NCBI GenBank assembly: GCA_050952085.1
Contig: JBMNKH010000004.1
Coordinates: 309,583 to 373,582 of the forward strand
Length of the DNA stretch: 64,000 nucleotides
Direction of reading: 5' to 3'
Source of the DNA: Bacillota bacterium
GTDB taxonomy: Bacteria > Bacillota > Sulfobacillia > Fermentithermobacillales > Fermentithermobacillaceae
Below, one piece after another: positions 31,203 through 39,911 of the stretch. The first letter of the stretch is position 1. Each line of letters opens with the position of its first letter. The notes below the pieces were generated by a model that saw only the letters and a list, made by a program, of their open reading frames with translations, was not told where the DNA came from and did not search any database. The position numbers and the translations under genes were made by a program.

Positions 31203-31598
31203 GTGCTCAACCGGATAGTGTTAATAGGAAGACTAACCAGGCAACCGGAACTCAGGATAACCCCCAGCGGGGTGTCTGTTACCACCATAACCCTGGCAGT
31301 CGACCGCAGGCCAACCCAAACCGGCCAGAAAGAGACAGATTTCATCGATGTGGTACTGTTTGGGAAACTAGCCGAGGTCACTTGCAGGTACATGGACAAG
31401 GGGCGGTTGGTAGCAGTTGAAGGAAGGCTCCAGAGCCGCAGCTATGAAACAAAAGACGGCCAGCGGCGCAGGGTCTGGGAAGTTGTTGCCGACCTAATCC
31501 AGTTCCTTGACAGACCCAGGAATCAGGAACAGGTGCCTTCTGATGTTGTCAGCGGGTCCGGGCCTGATGACGAGGACATACCGACATTCACAGAGTGA
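31203..31598 (+). CDS. ssb: Single-stranded DNA-binding protein
   Basis: LNRIVLIGRLT, DFIDVV, VEGRLQSRSY. Confidence 0.95.
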   Translation: MLNRIVLIGRLTRQPELRITPSGVSVTTITLAVDRRPTQTGQKETDFIDVVLFGKLAEVTCRYMDKGRLVAVEGRLQSRSYETKDGQRRRVWEVVADLIQFLDRPRNQEQVPSDVVSGSGPDDEDIPTFTE

Positions 31599-31637
31599 TA
31601 AAGATCCCAAGCTTTTGTTGTTGAAGGGGGTTTATGG

Positions 31638-31865
31638 GTGCGAAGAGACGGGCGTAGATCGCGCAGGCGCGTTTGCAATTTCTGCGCAGACGGTATCGCA
31701 TATATTGACTACAAAGATACAAATAGGATGCGCAGGTACATTACAGAGCGGGGCAAGATTTTGCCCAGGAGAATCACCGGTAACTGTGCCAGGCACCAGC
31801 GCATGCTTACAAAGGCGATTAAGAGAGCAAGGGTAATGGCACTCATGCCATACACTATCGAGTAA
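31638..31865 (+). CDS. rpsR: 30S ribosomal protein S18 (Zn-binding form)
   Basis: CNFC...IDYKD...[19 protein letters not shown]. Confidence 0.97.
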   Translation: MRRDGRRSRRRVCNFCADGIAYIDYKDTNRMRRYITERGKILPRRITGNCARHQRMLTKAIKRARVMALMPYTIE

Positions 31866-31937
31866 AGAGAAGCGTCAGGCCGGGTGATTCCACATTGCCT
31901 GGCCTGACGTTTGAACATCTTATTTGGGGGGCATCAG

Positions 31938-32894
31938 TTGACCCGGTACAATACGAGAGCTCTGGTGGAAAGCGCACTTCTGGCCGTTATCGGAATGGTG
32001 CTGGTGTTGCTCGGGCAGTACGTACCGTTCCTGGGCATCGCCGCCTTGTTTCTGTGGCCTTTGCCGTCAGCTCTTGTAGTCCTCCGCCACGGCATGCGCT
32101 GGGGAGTAATGGCGTCTATCATCACAGCGCTGTGCCTATCGTTGTTCATGAATTGGATAACCGCTTTGAGCCTTTGGGTTTTGTTCGGCCTTACAGGGCT
32201 CACCTTTGGTTATGCAGTGCTCAAGCAGTTTTCCCCTGCCAAGATCATAGTAGTCACAAGCGCCGCTTTTCTTATGGGAATTCTCAGCGAATTCTTGTTA
32301 GCTTATCTCTTGACAGGGTCACCCATGAGATACCTTGATGAAATGCTCAGGGCAATGCAAGCTTCAGCCGGGCTTACAGAGAAGGCCTTAGGCCCGAGCC
32401 CGTTTACAGATATGTTCAAAGATTTTGACCTATTGAAAGATCAAATACTTAAGGTGTTGCCGTTTACCTTGGTTTTTTCGGCGATGCTACAATCTTACAT
32501 AAACTTTGAAGTATTAAGGCGGGTCTTGGACAGGTTTGGCCATCACCTTGACCCGCTCCCACCGTTTTCCAGGCGGATTTTCCCTGAATATATTGCCCAT
32601 GGAGCTATCATCAGCTACACGGCAGCTGTATTAGGGATACGCTACAAGCTGCCTGTTGTTGAGCAGGTTGGCCAGAACATATTCGCCGGCGTGTCATTCT
32701 TGTTGTTGATCGAAACAGCTTCAGTGGTTTCATACTACATATCACGGCAGGGATTGCCGAAGGTCTTCTCGGTGCTTACAGTCTTCTACATTGTTGCCAA
32801 TCCTGTTCTTAACGTGTTGGCGGTGTTTTTTGGTATGATAGATATACTTTTCGATTTCCGCCGTTTGAGATATGGTTACCTGAATGATATGTGA
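31938..32894 (+). CDS. yybS: YybS-family (DUF2232) membrane protein
   Basis: TRALVESALL N-terminus, multi-TM, C-terminal GMIDILFDFR. Confidence 0.85.
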   Translation: MTRYNTRALVESALLAVIGMVLVLLGQYVPFLGIAALFLWPLPSALVVLRHGMRWGVMASIITALCLSLFMNWITALSLWVLFGLTGLTFGYAVLKQFSPAKIIVVTSAAFLMGILSEFLLAYLLTGSPMRYLDEMLRAMQASAGLTEKALGPSPFTDMFKDFDLLKDQILKVLPFTLVFSAMLQSYINFEVLRRVLDRFGHHLDPLPPFSRRIFPEYIAHGAIISYTAAVLGIRYKLPVVEQVGQNIFAGVSFLLLIETASVVSYYISRQGLPKVFSVLTVFYIVANPVLNVLAVFFGMIDILFDFRRLRYGYLNDM

Positions 32895-32998
32895 CCGCAA
32901 CGGTACTTGACCGCAAAATATTGCCTTGGAATTGCAGCCAAAGGCTGAGAAACAGGGCAGCCGCTTCGCGGCGGCGCTGTGGGGAAGGAGGAACAAAG

Positions 32999-33451
32999 AT
33001 GGACGTCGTTCTCAAACAAGACGTGGCCGGCCTGGGGGAAGCCGGGGATTTGGTGAGGGTTAAAGACGGCTATGCCCGCAACTACCTCATCCCAAGGGGA
33101 CTAGCGGTACCCGCCACTGATGGCGCGCTAAAGCAGAGGCGGACCTTGAAAGATGCCCAACTAAAGAAGGAAGAAAGGCTTAAGGCTGAAGCCGAAAGGA
33201 ACGCTGAAAAACTTAGGGGAAAAACACTGGTATTTCATGCGAAAACAGGGAACGGCAGGATTTTCGGCTCTATAACTTCACAGGATATCGCCAAAAAGAT
33301 AGGGTCTGCCTTCAAAATTCAAGTAGACAAAAGAAAAGTGTTGCTCTCTGAAAACCTAAAAGAACTGGGTGCCCACATGGTACAGATCCAACTCCATCCT
33401 GAAGTGAGGGTTGAAGTTACCGTTGAGATACGACCGGAAGGAGGCAAATAG
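32999..33451 (+). CDS. rplI: 50S ribosomal protein L9
   Basis: MDVVLKQDV...VKDGYARNYLIP, IFGSIT. Confidence 0.97.
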   Translation: MDVVLKQDVAGLGEAGDLVRVKDGYARNYLIPRGLAVPATDGALKQRRTLKDAQLKKEERLKAEAERNAEKLRGKTLVFHAKTGNGRIFGSITSQDIAKKIGSAFKIQVDKRKVLLSENLKELGAHMVQIQLHPEVRVEVTVEIRPEGGK

Positions 33452-33452
33452 G

Positions 33453-35369
33453 GTGGCCCGGAAAGCTGAGAGTCTCATGGGAGTAAACAGTGAAGATTCG
33501 CTGAAAAAGCGCGTCGGCGCTATGTTCAATTTTCTTGCGTCTGTGTACGGGCCTGAAGGGCTTGTGCTCAAAGCCGGCAAGCTCGGGGCTCTCAAGGGGA
33601 TGAAATCCCAGGACCTCCTCCAACAAGTGGTTGCGCTCCAAAAGGTTGTTTACGAGGATCCTACAATCGGGGCTTATCCTTCGCTAGACGAGATTCCGGG
33701 CATTCTTGATGAATGCCAGGAAGAGATTGCGGAACACATTGCACGCCATTCAATTGAGCAGGAAATCGAAGATCTGGTCACCAGGAAAATGCAGGAGAAG
33801 CATGAAGAATACCTGAGAGAGATTAAGAAGGAGATTCTCCTGGACAACAGCAGCCCTGAAACAGAGCAGACACAAGAGAAACTCAAGAACCTCTTGAAAC
33901 TGGAACAACGTTCCCTTTCCAAGTCAGCCTTGACGATTCTAAGGCCAAGGTCGCTTAAGCAGATAATAGGGCAGGACAGGGCAATAGAAGCGCTGCTTGC
34001 AAAGATAGCCAGCCCGTATCCCCAGCACGTTATCTTGTACGGGCCGCCAGGGGTGGGCAAGACTTCTGCCGCAAGGCTTGTGCTTCAAGAGGCTAAGAGA
34101 ATGCCGTTTTCGCCCTTTGCCAAGAATGCTCCTTTCATAGAGACTGATGGTGCTACCTTGCGCTGGGATCCGAGGGAAATAACAAACCCGCTTCTAGGGT
34201 CTGTGCACGATCCAATTTACCAAGGCGCCAAGCAGGACTTTGCCGACGGAGGCGTGCCTGAACCCAAGCTGGGGCTAGTCACTGCGGCAACCGGCGGGAT
34301 CCTTTTCATAGACGAGATAGGCGAAATGGACCCAATCCTTCAAAACAAGTTGCTCAAAGTGCTTGAGGACAAGAGGGTGTTTTTCGACTCGTCGTACTAC
34401 GATCCTGATGACCCAAGGGTGCCTGAGTACGTGAGGCGTTTGTTCAGCCACGGGGCACCGGCAGACTTTGTGCTGGTTGCCGCAACTACCAGGGATCCTG
34501 AGGAAATCAGCCCTGCCCTCAGGTCAAGGTGTGCCGAAGTGTTTTTTGACGCGCTTACTCCCGATCATATAGTAGACATAGTGAAAGGTGCTGCAAGAAG
34601 GCTCAGGGCCAAAACTAGCCGTGAAGCTTCTCAGCTCATTGCAGACCATACCATTGAAGCCAGGAGGGCTGTGGGGCTGCTGGCTGATGCTTATGCAGTG
34701 GCGCTTCACAAGGCAGGCGGATTCCCTGAGCGGGGCTTCCTTTCCATTTCAGCCACAGATGTAGAGTCTGTGATCGAGTCAGGCAGGGTTCAGCCAAGCA
34801 TAACCGCAAAGGCAAGCGGCACCCTTGAGACAGGCAAGGTTTTCGGCCTTGGGGTGCTCGGCTATCTTGGCTCAGTTATCGAGATTGAGACTGTGACCTT
34901 CCCTGCCAGGCAACAGGGCAAAGGTACGATGAGAATGAATGAGACGGCAGGCTCCATGGTTAAAGATTCACTGTTTAATGCCGCATCTGCGTTGCGGAAG
35001 TGTTTTGACATAGACCTCTACAATTGGGATATTCACGTAAATATAATCGGGGGTGCAAGGATAGACGGACCTTCAGCAGGATTAGCCATAACCCTGGCGG
35101 TATTTTCAGCAATAACGGGCTTGCCCATCCGCCAGGATGTGGCAGTTACCGGCGAGGTGTCCCTTACGGGACAGATAAAGCCTATTGGCGGGGTGTACGA
35201 AAAGATTTACGGCGCAAAGCAAGCAGGGATGAAATCGATTGTTGTACCTTACGATAACTCCCGGGGGATAAAGCAGGTCCGGGGGATAGAGGTCGTGTAT
35301 GCAAGAGACCTCAAAGATGCCCTTGACCACATATGCCCAGGCTGGAGAGAGTCGTATTCTTGCGCCTAA
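33453..35369 (+). CDS. lonC: Lon-family ATP-dependent protease LonC
   Basis: GPPGVGKT, FIDEIGE, catalytic DGPSAG with Lys in GGVYEK; between rplI and dnaB. Confidence 0.85.
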   Translation: MARKAESLMGVNSEDSLKKRVGAMFNFLASVYGPEGLVLKAGKLGALKGMKSQDLLQQVVALQKVVYEDPTIGAYPSLDEIPGILDECQEEIAEHIARHSIEQEIEDLVTRKMQEKHEEYLREIKKEILLDNSSPETEQTQEKLKNLLKLEQRSLSKSALTILRPRSLKQIIGQDRAIEALLAKIASPYPQHVILYGPPGVGKTSAARLVLQEAKRMPFSPFAKNAPFIETDGATLRWDPREITNPLLGSVHDPIYQGAKQDFADGGVPEPKLGLVTAATGGILFIDEIGEMDPILQNKLLKVLEDKRVFFDSSYYDPDDPRVPEYVRRLFSHGAPADFVLVAATTRDPEEISPALRSRCAEVFFDALTPDHIVDIVKGAARRLRAKTSREASQLIADHTIEARRAVGLLADAYAVALHKAGGFPERGFLSISATDVESVIESGRVQPSITAKASGTLETGKVFGLGVLGYLGSVIEIETVTFPARQQGKGTMRMNETAGSMVKDSLFNAASALRKCFDIDLYNWDIHVNIIGGARIDGPSAGLAITLAVFSAITGLPIRQDVAVTGEVSLTGQIKPIGGVYEKIYGAKQAGMKSIVVPYDNSRGIKQVRGIEVVYARDLKDALDHICPGWRESYSCA

Positions 35370-35387
35370 ATACGGGGAGGAATTAGC

Positions 35388-36728
35388 TTGTCTCAGGCGC
35401 CACAAAGGGTACCGCCTCAGAACATAGAGGCGGAAGAAGCTGTCATAGGTTCCATGCTGATAGAGCAAAGCGCTGTAATCCTGGCCCTTGAGATGCTCAC
35501 GCCCGACGATTTCTACAAAGAAGACCACAGGATCATTTTCAGGGCTATGGCTGAAATCGCCAACAGGCTGGACCCTGTTGATCTGGTCACTGTATCAGAT
35601 ACTTTAAGGGCTCAAGGTGATTTGGACAGAATTGGCGGGGCTGCAGAGCTGGCAAGGCTGGCCAATTTCGTGCCTACGGCAGCCAACGTTGAGCATTATG
35701 CGAGAATCGTTGCAGAAAAAGCGACCTTAAGGCGGCTGATTGGGGCTGCCACCCAGATTGCAGCCACGGCATACAACTCCCAGCATGATGTTGATGAGAT
35801 CCTTGACATGGCCGAGGAGAGCATCTTCAAAGTTTCCCGGGGGCGGGGCCAGCAAGGATACGTACAACTCAAAGACGTGTTGGTTGAAACAATGGAGAAG
35901 CTGGAGTACCTTGCTTCCAACAGGGGCGATGTGATCGGTCTTGCAAGCGGCCTTAGCGACCTTGATTCGCTCACTCTAGGTTTCCAGCCGTCTGACCTGA
36001 TAATCCTTGCAGCCCGCCCTTCAGTAGGGAAGACCTCCCTGGGGCTCAATATTGCAAGGAATGCAGCGATAAAGGGCGGGTGTACCGTGGTGGTTTTCAG
36101 CCTGGAGATGTCTAGGGAGCAGGTAGCTCAGAGGCTTTTGTGCTCAGAGTCGGCCATCAACAGCCAGAAGCTCCGCAGCGGCTTCATAAGCAGCGACGAT
36201 GAGTGGCGCAGGCTGTCGATTGCCCTGGGCAGGCTCGGTGAAGCCAAGATTTTTATCGATGATACCCCTGGGATTTCAGTCATGGAGCTAAGGGCTAAGG
36301 CCCGGCGCGTCAAAGCTGAACACGGGCTTGGCTTGATCGTTATCGACTACCTGCAACTCATGAGAGGCAGGAAGCTTGAAAACAGGCAGCAAGAGATCTC
36401 AGAGATATCCAGATCGCTGAAAGGTCTTGCGCGGGAACTTGATGTACCTGTTATCGCCATGTCCCAGCTGTCAAGGGCTGTGGAACAGCGGCAGGACAGG
36501 AGGCCCATGTTGTCTGACCTCAGGGAATCAGGGGCTATCGAGCAGGATGCAGACGTAGTGATGTTTTTGTACACAGATCCGGAACTTGAACAGAACAACG
36601 CCATCGAACTCATCATCGCCAAACAGCGCAACGGCCCTACAGCGTCGATCAAGCTGTTCTTCTCGCGCGAGGTTTGCCGGTTCGGCGATCTTGACGTGAT
36701 ACACACTCCCGGGGCAACAGGAGCATAA
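35388..36728 (+). CDS. dnaB: Replicative DNA helicase
   Basis: PPQNIEAE, AARPSVGKT, IDYLQLM, DLRESGAIEQDAD, KQRNGP. Confidence 0.97.
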   Translation: MSQAPQRVPPQNIEAEEAVIGSMLIEQSAVILALEMLTPDDFYKEDHRIIFRAMAEIANRLDPVDLVTVSDTLRAQGDLDRIGGAAELARLANFVPTAANVEHYARIVAEKATLRRLIGAATQIAATAYNSQHDVDEILDMAEESIFKVSRGRGQQGYVQLKDVLVETMEKLEYLASNRGDVIGLASGLSDLDSLTLGFQPSDLIILAARPSVGKTSLGLNIARNAAIKGGCTVVVFSLEMSREQVAQRLLCSESAINSQKLRSGFISSDDEWRRLSIALGRLGEAKIFIDDTPGISVMELRAKARRVKAEHGLGLIVIDYLQLMRGRKLENRQQEISEISRSLKGLARELDVPVIAMSQLSRAVEQRQDRRPMLSDLRESGAIEQDADVVMFLYTDPELEQNNAIELIIAKQRNGPTASIKLFFSREVCRFGDLDVIHTPGATGA

Positions 36729-36805
36729 TAGACTCAGGTTGCCGGCACCTGACTCACGGGTATGCCATATGTATAAGGTGTTCCAAATGTATAGGAGGTT
36801 GGCCT

Positions 36806-38185
36806 TTGACCGTATGGGATGTGATCATCATAGGTGCAGGGCCTGCAGGGATTTTTGCGGCTTTGGAGCTGTCCAGGAAAGCCCCTGGGCTGTCAGTGTT
36901 AATCCTGGACAAAGGGCATGACCTGGAAAAGCGTAAATGCCCTGGGCGCGGCATAATCGGCGGTTGCCTCAACTGCGACCTGTGTTCAATCACCTCAGGA
37001 TGGGGCGGAGCAGGGGCTTTCAGTGACGGTAAACTCACACTGACCAACCGGTTCGGCGGATTTTTGCACCAATACCTCTCACAGGGCCAGCTCATGGACC
37101 TCATACAGTACATGGATGGCATCTGGCTGGAATTCGGGGCCACAGACAGGATATTCGGCACTGAGAAACCTGCGATACAAGAACTCGTACGCAGGGCAGC
37201 TACTGCCGGCCTGGAACTGATACCTGCGCCTATCAGGCATTTGGGCAGCGATAACAGCCCGAGGATTCTCAAGAACATGTACGCGTACCTCAAGCCGCGG
37301 GTTGAGATCAGGATGCTGTCTGAAGTGAAAGAGATCATTGTTCGCGACAACAAGGTGCAAGGGGTGCTTATGGCAGACGGCAGCGAGGAAAGTTGCCGCT
37401 ACCTGATAGCAGCTCCCGGGCGCGAGGGCTCATCGTGGTTTTCCCAGGAAGCCATGCGGCTGGGGCTTACCCAGGAGATAAACCCGGTGGATATCGGCGT
37501 AAGGGTTGAGATACCTGCTGTGGTAGCTGATGACATAACCGAAAAAGTGTGGGAACCTAAGATCCATTACTACTCCCGGGCATTTGATGACCTGATCAGG
37601 ACGTTTTGCGTCTGCCCAAGGGGCGAGGTAGTGGTTGAGAACACAGGAGGGGTCACCACTGTCAACGGGCACTCGTGGAGTGGTTACACTACAGAAAACA
37701 CCAACTTCGCGCTCTTGGTTTCCAAGACGTTTACCCAGCCTTTCAGAAAACCCATAAGTTACGGCAAGTATATCGCCAGCCTTGCCAATATGCTCGGTGG
37801 AGGGGCTATCGTCCAGAGGCTTGGAGACCTGTGGGAAGGGCGGAGGTCAACTGAGAAGCGCCTGGCCAAGAGTATGGTTGAACCAACCCTCAAAGACGCA
37901 ACTCCCGGCGACCTCACCCTGGTACTGCCGTACAGGTACATCCAGAATATCCTTGAGATGCTTGAGGCGCTCAACAACCTTATGCCGGGCATATGGGCGA
38001 AACACACCTTGCTCTACGGGGTAGAAGTGAAATTCTACTCTGCCAGGGTAAAAGTGTCAGAGGATATGAGTACGGAAATAGAAGGTTTATACGCTATAGG
38101 CGACGGTGCAGGGATAACCAGGAGCTTGGCCCAGGCATCTGTTTCAGGCGTGATCGCAGCAGATTCGATACTGGCCAAGGAATAG
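36806..38185 (+). CDS. Uncharacterised FAD-dependent oxidoreductase
   Basis: IIIGAGPAG Rossmann motif, CxxCxxC, GGAGAFSDGKL, GDGAGITR. Confidence 0.85.
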   Translation: MTVWDVIIIGAGPAGIFAALELSRKAPGLSVLILDKGHDLEKRKCPGRGIIGGCLNCDLCSITSGWGGAGAFSDGKLTLTNRFGGFLHQYLSQGQLMDLIQYMDGIWLEFGATDRIFGTEKPAIQELVRRAATAGLELIPAPIRHLGSDNSPRILKNMYAYLKPRVEIRMLSEVKEIIVRDNKVQGVLMADGSEESCRYLIAAPGREGSSWFSQEAMRLGLTQEINPVDIGVRVEIPAVVADDITEKVWEPKIHYYSRAFDDLIRTFCVCPRGEVVVENTGGVTTVNGHSWSGYTTENTNFALLVSKTFTQPFRKPISYGKYIASLANMLGGGAIVQRLGDLWEGRRSTEKRLAKSMVEPTLKDATPGDLTLVLPYRYIQNILEMLEALNNLMPGIWAKHTLLYGVEVKFYSARVKVSEDMSTEIEGLYAIGDGAGITRSLAQASVSGVIAADSILAKE

Positions 38186-38237
38186 CATCTCTTGCGTTAA
38201 CCTTGCGTTATCATACAGTTACAGTGGCGCGACCTCG

Positions 38238-38266
38238 TTGATTTTGGGTGTCAGATGTGATAATAT
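38238..38266 (+). promoter_or_regulatory. Putative SigA promoter of the tRNA cluster
   Basis: TTGATT-17 nt-TAATAT with TGn extension. Confidence 0.4.
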
Positions 38267-38276
38267 TTGCATCCGG

Positions 38277-38304
38277 AAGCCGGATATGAGGTGCCCGGCT
38301 TTTT
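38277..38304 (+). terminator. Terminator-like hairpin before tRNA-Ser
   Basis: AAGCCGG-11 nt-CCGGCTT followed by T-run. Confidence 0.45.
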
Positions 38305-38313
38305 GTATCCGGT

Positions 38314-38403
38314 GGAGGGGTGGCAGAGCGGTTGAATGCGGCGGTCTTGAAAACCGTTGAGGGTTCACGCCCTCCGTGGGTTCGAATCCCACCCCCTCCG
38401 CCA
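38314..38403 (+). tRNA. tRNA-Ser(TGA)
   Basis: GGAGGGG/CCCCTCC acceptor stem, CT-TGA-AA loop, long variable arm, G-CCA end. Confidence 0.96.
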
Positions 38404-38474
38404 CTAGCATGAAACATCAAGACATGTTAATATATCTGTGCGGCAAATGCCGTAAGTGCAATGCGGTAAATTGC

Positions 38475-38565
38475 GGAGAGGTCGCCTAGAGGCCGAGGGC
38501 GACGGTTTGCTAAACCGTTAAGGGGGCACACCCCTTCGAGGGTTCGAATCCCTCCCTCTCCGCCA
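38475..38565 (+). tRNA. tRNA-Ser(GCT)
   Basis: ACGGT-TTGCTAA-ACCGT anticodon arm, long variable arm, CCA. Confidence 0.96.
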
Positions 38566-38577
38566 TCGGATTAGGAT

Positions 38578-38654
38578 GCGCCTGTAGCTCAATTGGATAG
38601 AGCGACAGACTACGGATCTGTAGGTTGTGGGTTCAAATCCCGCCGGGCGCACCA
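38578..38654 (+). tRNA. tRNA-Arg(ACG)
   Basis: ACAGA-CTACGGA-TCTGT, 77 nt cloverleaf, CCA. Confidence 0.96.
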
Positions 38655-38691
38655 TCATATGACACCATAAGACTGCATTGCAGAGAAACGT

Positions 38692-38770
38692 GCGCCCGTA
38701 GCTCAGGCGGATAGAGCGGGGGATTCCTAATCCCCGTCTGCCGGAGGTTCGAGTCCTCCCGGGCGCACCA
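38692..38770 (+). tRNA. tRNA-Arg(CCT)
   Basis: GGGGA-TTCCTAA-TCCCC, GGAGG-TTCGAGT-CCTCC, CCA; 79 nt. Confidence 0.93.
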
Positions 38771-38800
38771 ATTCTTACTAGCCAATGTGAGGCCGGTAGT

Positions 38801-39313
38801 TTGAACGATGTAAAGGGCGGTCAACCCTGCCAACCAGCTAAGATTGAAGATGCCGGCGTCCACGAATACGGCATGGAGCTGGCACTGGAGCAAGCGCGAA
38901 AAGCGCATTCCATGGGCGAGGTGCCTGTAGGGGCAGTCATCATCAAAGACGGTGTTGTCATAGGCCAGGGGCACAACCTCAAGGAGACTCTGAAAGACCC
39001 TACAGCTCACGCAGAAATTCTCGCTATACGTGAAGCGGCAAGGCACCAAGCAGGGTGGAGGATCCTGGACGCAACCATGTACGTGACCTTGGAGCCTTGT
39101 CCCATGTGTGCAGGCGCCATAGTGATGGCCAGGATTCCCCGGCTTGTCATAGGCACCATGGATCCGCGCACAGGGGCATGTGGTTCGTTGTGGAACATAG
39201 TATGTGACAAACGGCTCAACCACAGGGTTGAACTTATAACCGGAATAAAAGAGGATGAATGCCGGAAACTGTTAGAGGAGTTCTTTGAACAGCTCCGGCA
39301 GGGAGATACTTGA
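38801..39313 (+). CDS. tadA: tRNA adenosine(34) deaminase
   Basis: GEVPVGAV, HAE, TLEPCPMCAGA; start uncertain. Confidence 0.95.
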   Translation: MNDVKGGQPCQPAKIEDAGVHEYGMELALEQARKAHSMGEVPVGAVIIKDGVVIGQGHNLKETLKDPTAHAEILAIREAARHQAGWRILDATMYVTLEPCPMCAGAIVMARIPRLVIGTMDPRTGACGSLWNIVCDKRLNHRVELITGIKEDECRKLLEEFFEQLRQGDT

Positions 39314-39366
39314 AAACCTCATATACTCTAAAGTAATCTTAGTAGGGCAGCTTTTTCGATTCCCAG

Positions 39367-39456
39367 GGAGGGGTGTCGGAGCGGTTGAACGAGCCCGCCT
39401 CGAAAGCGGGTAGGCGTGCAAGCGCCTCGTGGGTTCGAATCCCACCCCCTCCGCCA
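39367..39456 (+). tRNA. tRNA-Ser(CGA)
   Basis: CCCGC-CTCGAAA-GCGGG, long variable arm, CCA. Confidence 0.96.
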
Positions 39457-39479
39457 TAAGTGCTGCCACAGGTGTGTAC

Positions 39480-39570
39480 GGAGGGATGTCCGAGCGGCTG
39501 AAGGAGCACGCCTGGAGAGCGTGTAGACGTGTTACGCGTCTCGTGGGTTCAAATCCCACTCCCTCCGCCA
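39480..39570 (+). tRNA. tRNA-Ser(GGA)
   Basis: CACGC-CTGGAGA-GCGTG, long variable arm, CCA. Confidence 0.96.
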
Positions 39571-39598
39571 AAAAATTCTGACCTTGCTAGAAAGTTTG

Positions 39599-39865
39599 GC
39601 CGTGCTAGACGGGGAGTTAGCGGTGCCCTGTAACCCGCAATCCGCTATAGCGGGGTTGAAGCCTATCCGAGGGTGTTCCTTTTTGAGGCCGGCCGGCGCG
39701 GGCAGCGTTGAAGGCCGGGGCCTGCGCAATGAGAACCCGTGAACCCCGTCAGGTCCGGGAGGAAGCAGCGGTAAGCGGTCACTCTCATGTGCCGCAGGGG
39801 TTCCTGGCTGGAGCCAGCCATGTCCGGTATCGCTTGGGGAGGGCATTCGGAGATAGGTGCACGGT
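39599..39865 (+). ncRNA. ffs: Large bacterial SRP RNA (with Alu domain)
   Basis: 5' GCCGTGCTAGACGGGGAG..GCGGTGCCCTGTAACCCGCAATCCGCTATAGCGGG, S-domain TCAGGTCC-GGGA-GGAAGCAGC, 3' GCACGGT; upstream of dnaX. Confidence 0.95.
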
Positions 39866-39911
39866 CAATTCAGTATTGCCTACAGGGATCTCAATTTCGG
39901 GGGAATGAGTC

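Noticed and set aside
35388-36728. Inteins in DnaB, GyrA or RtcB (common hosts)
   Set aside because: Protein lengths are normal and no Cys/Ser...His-Asn splice junctions interrupt the conserved motifs.
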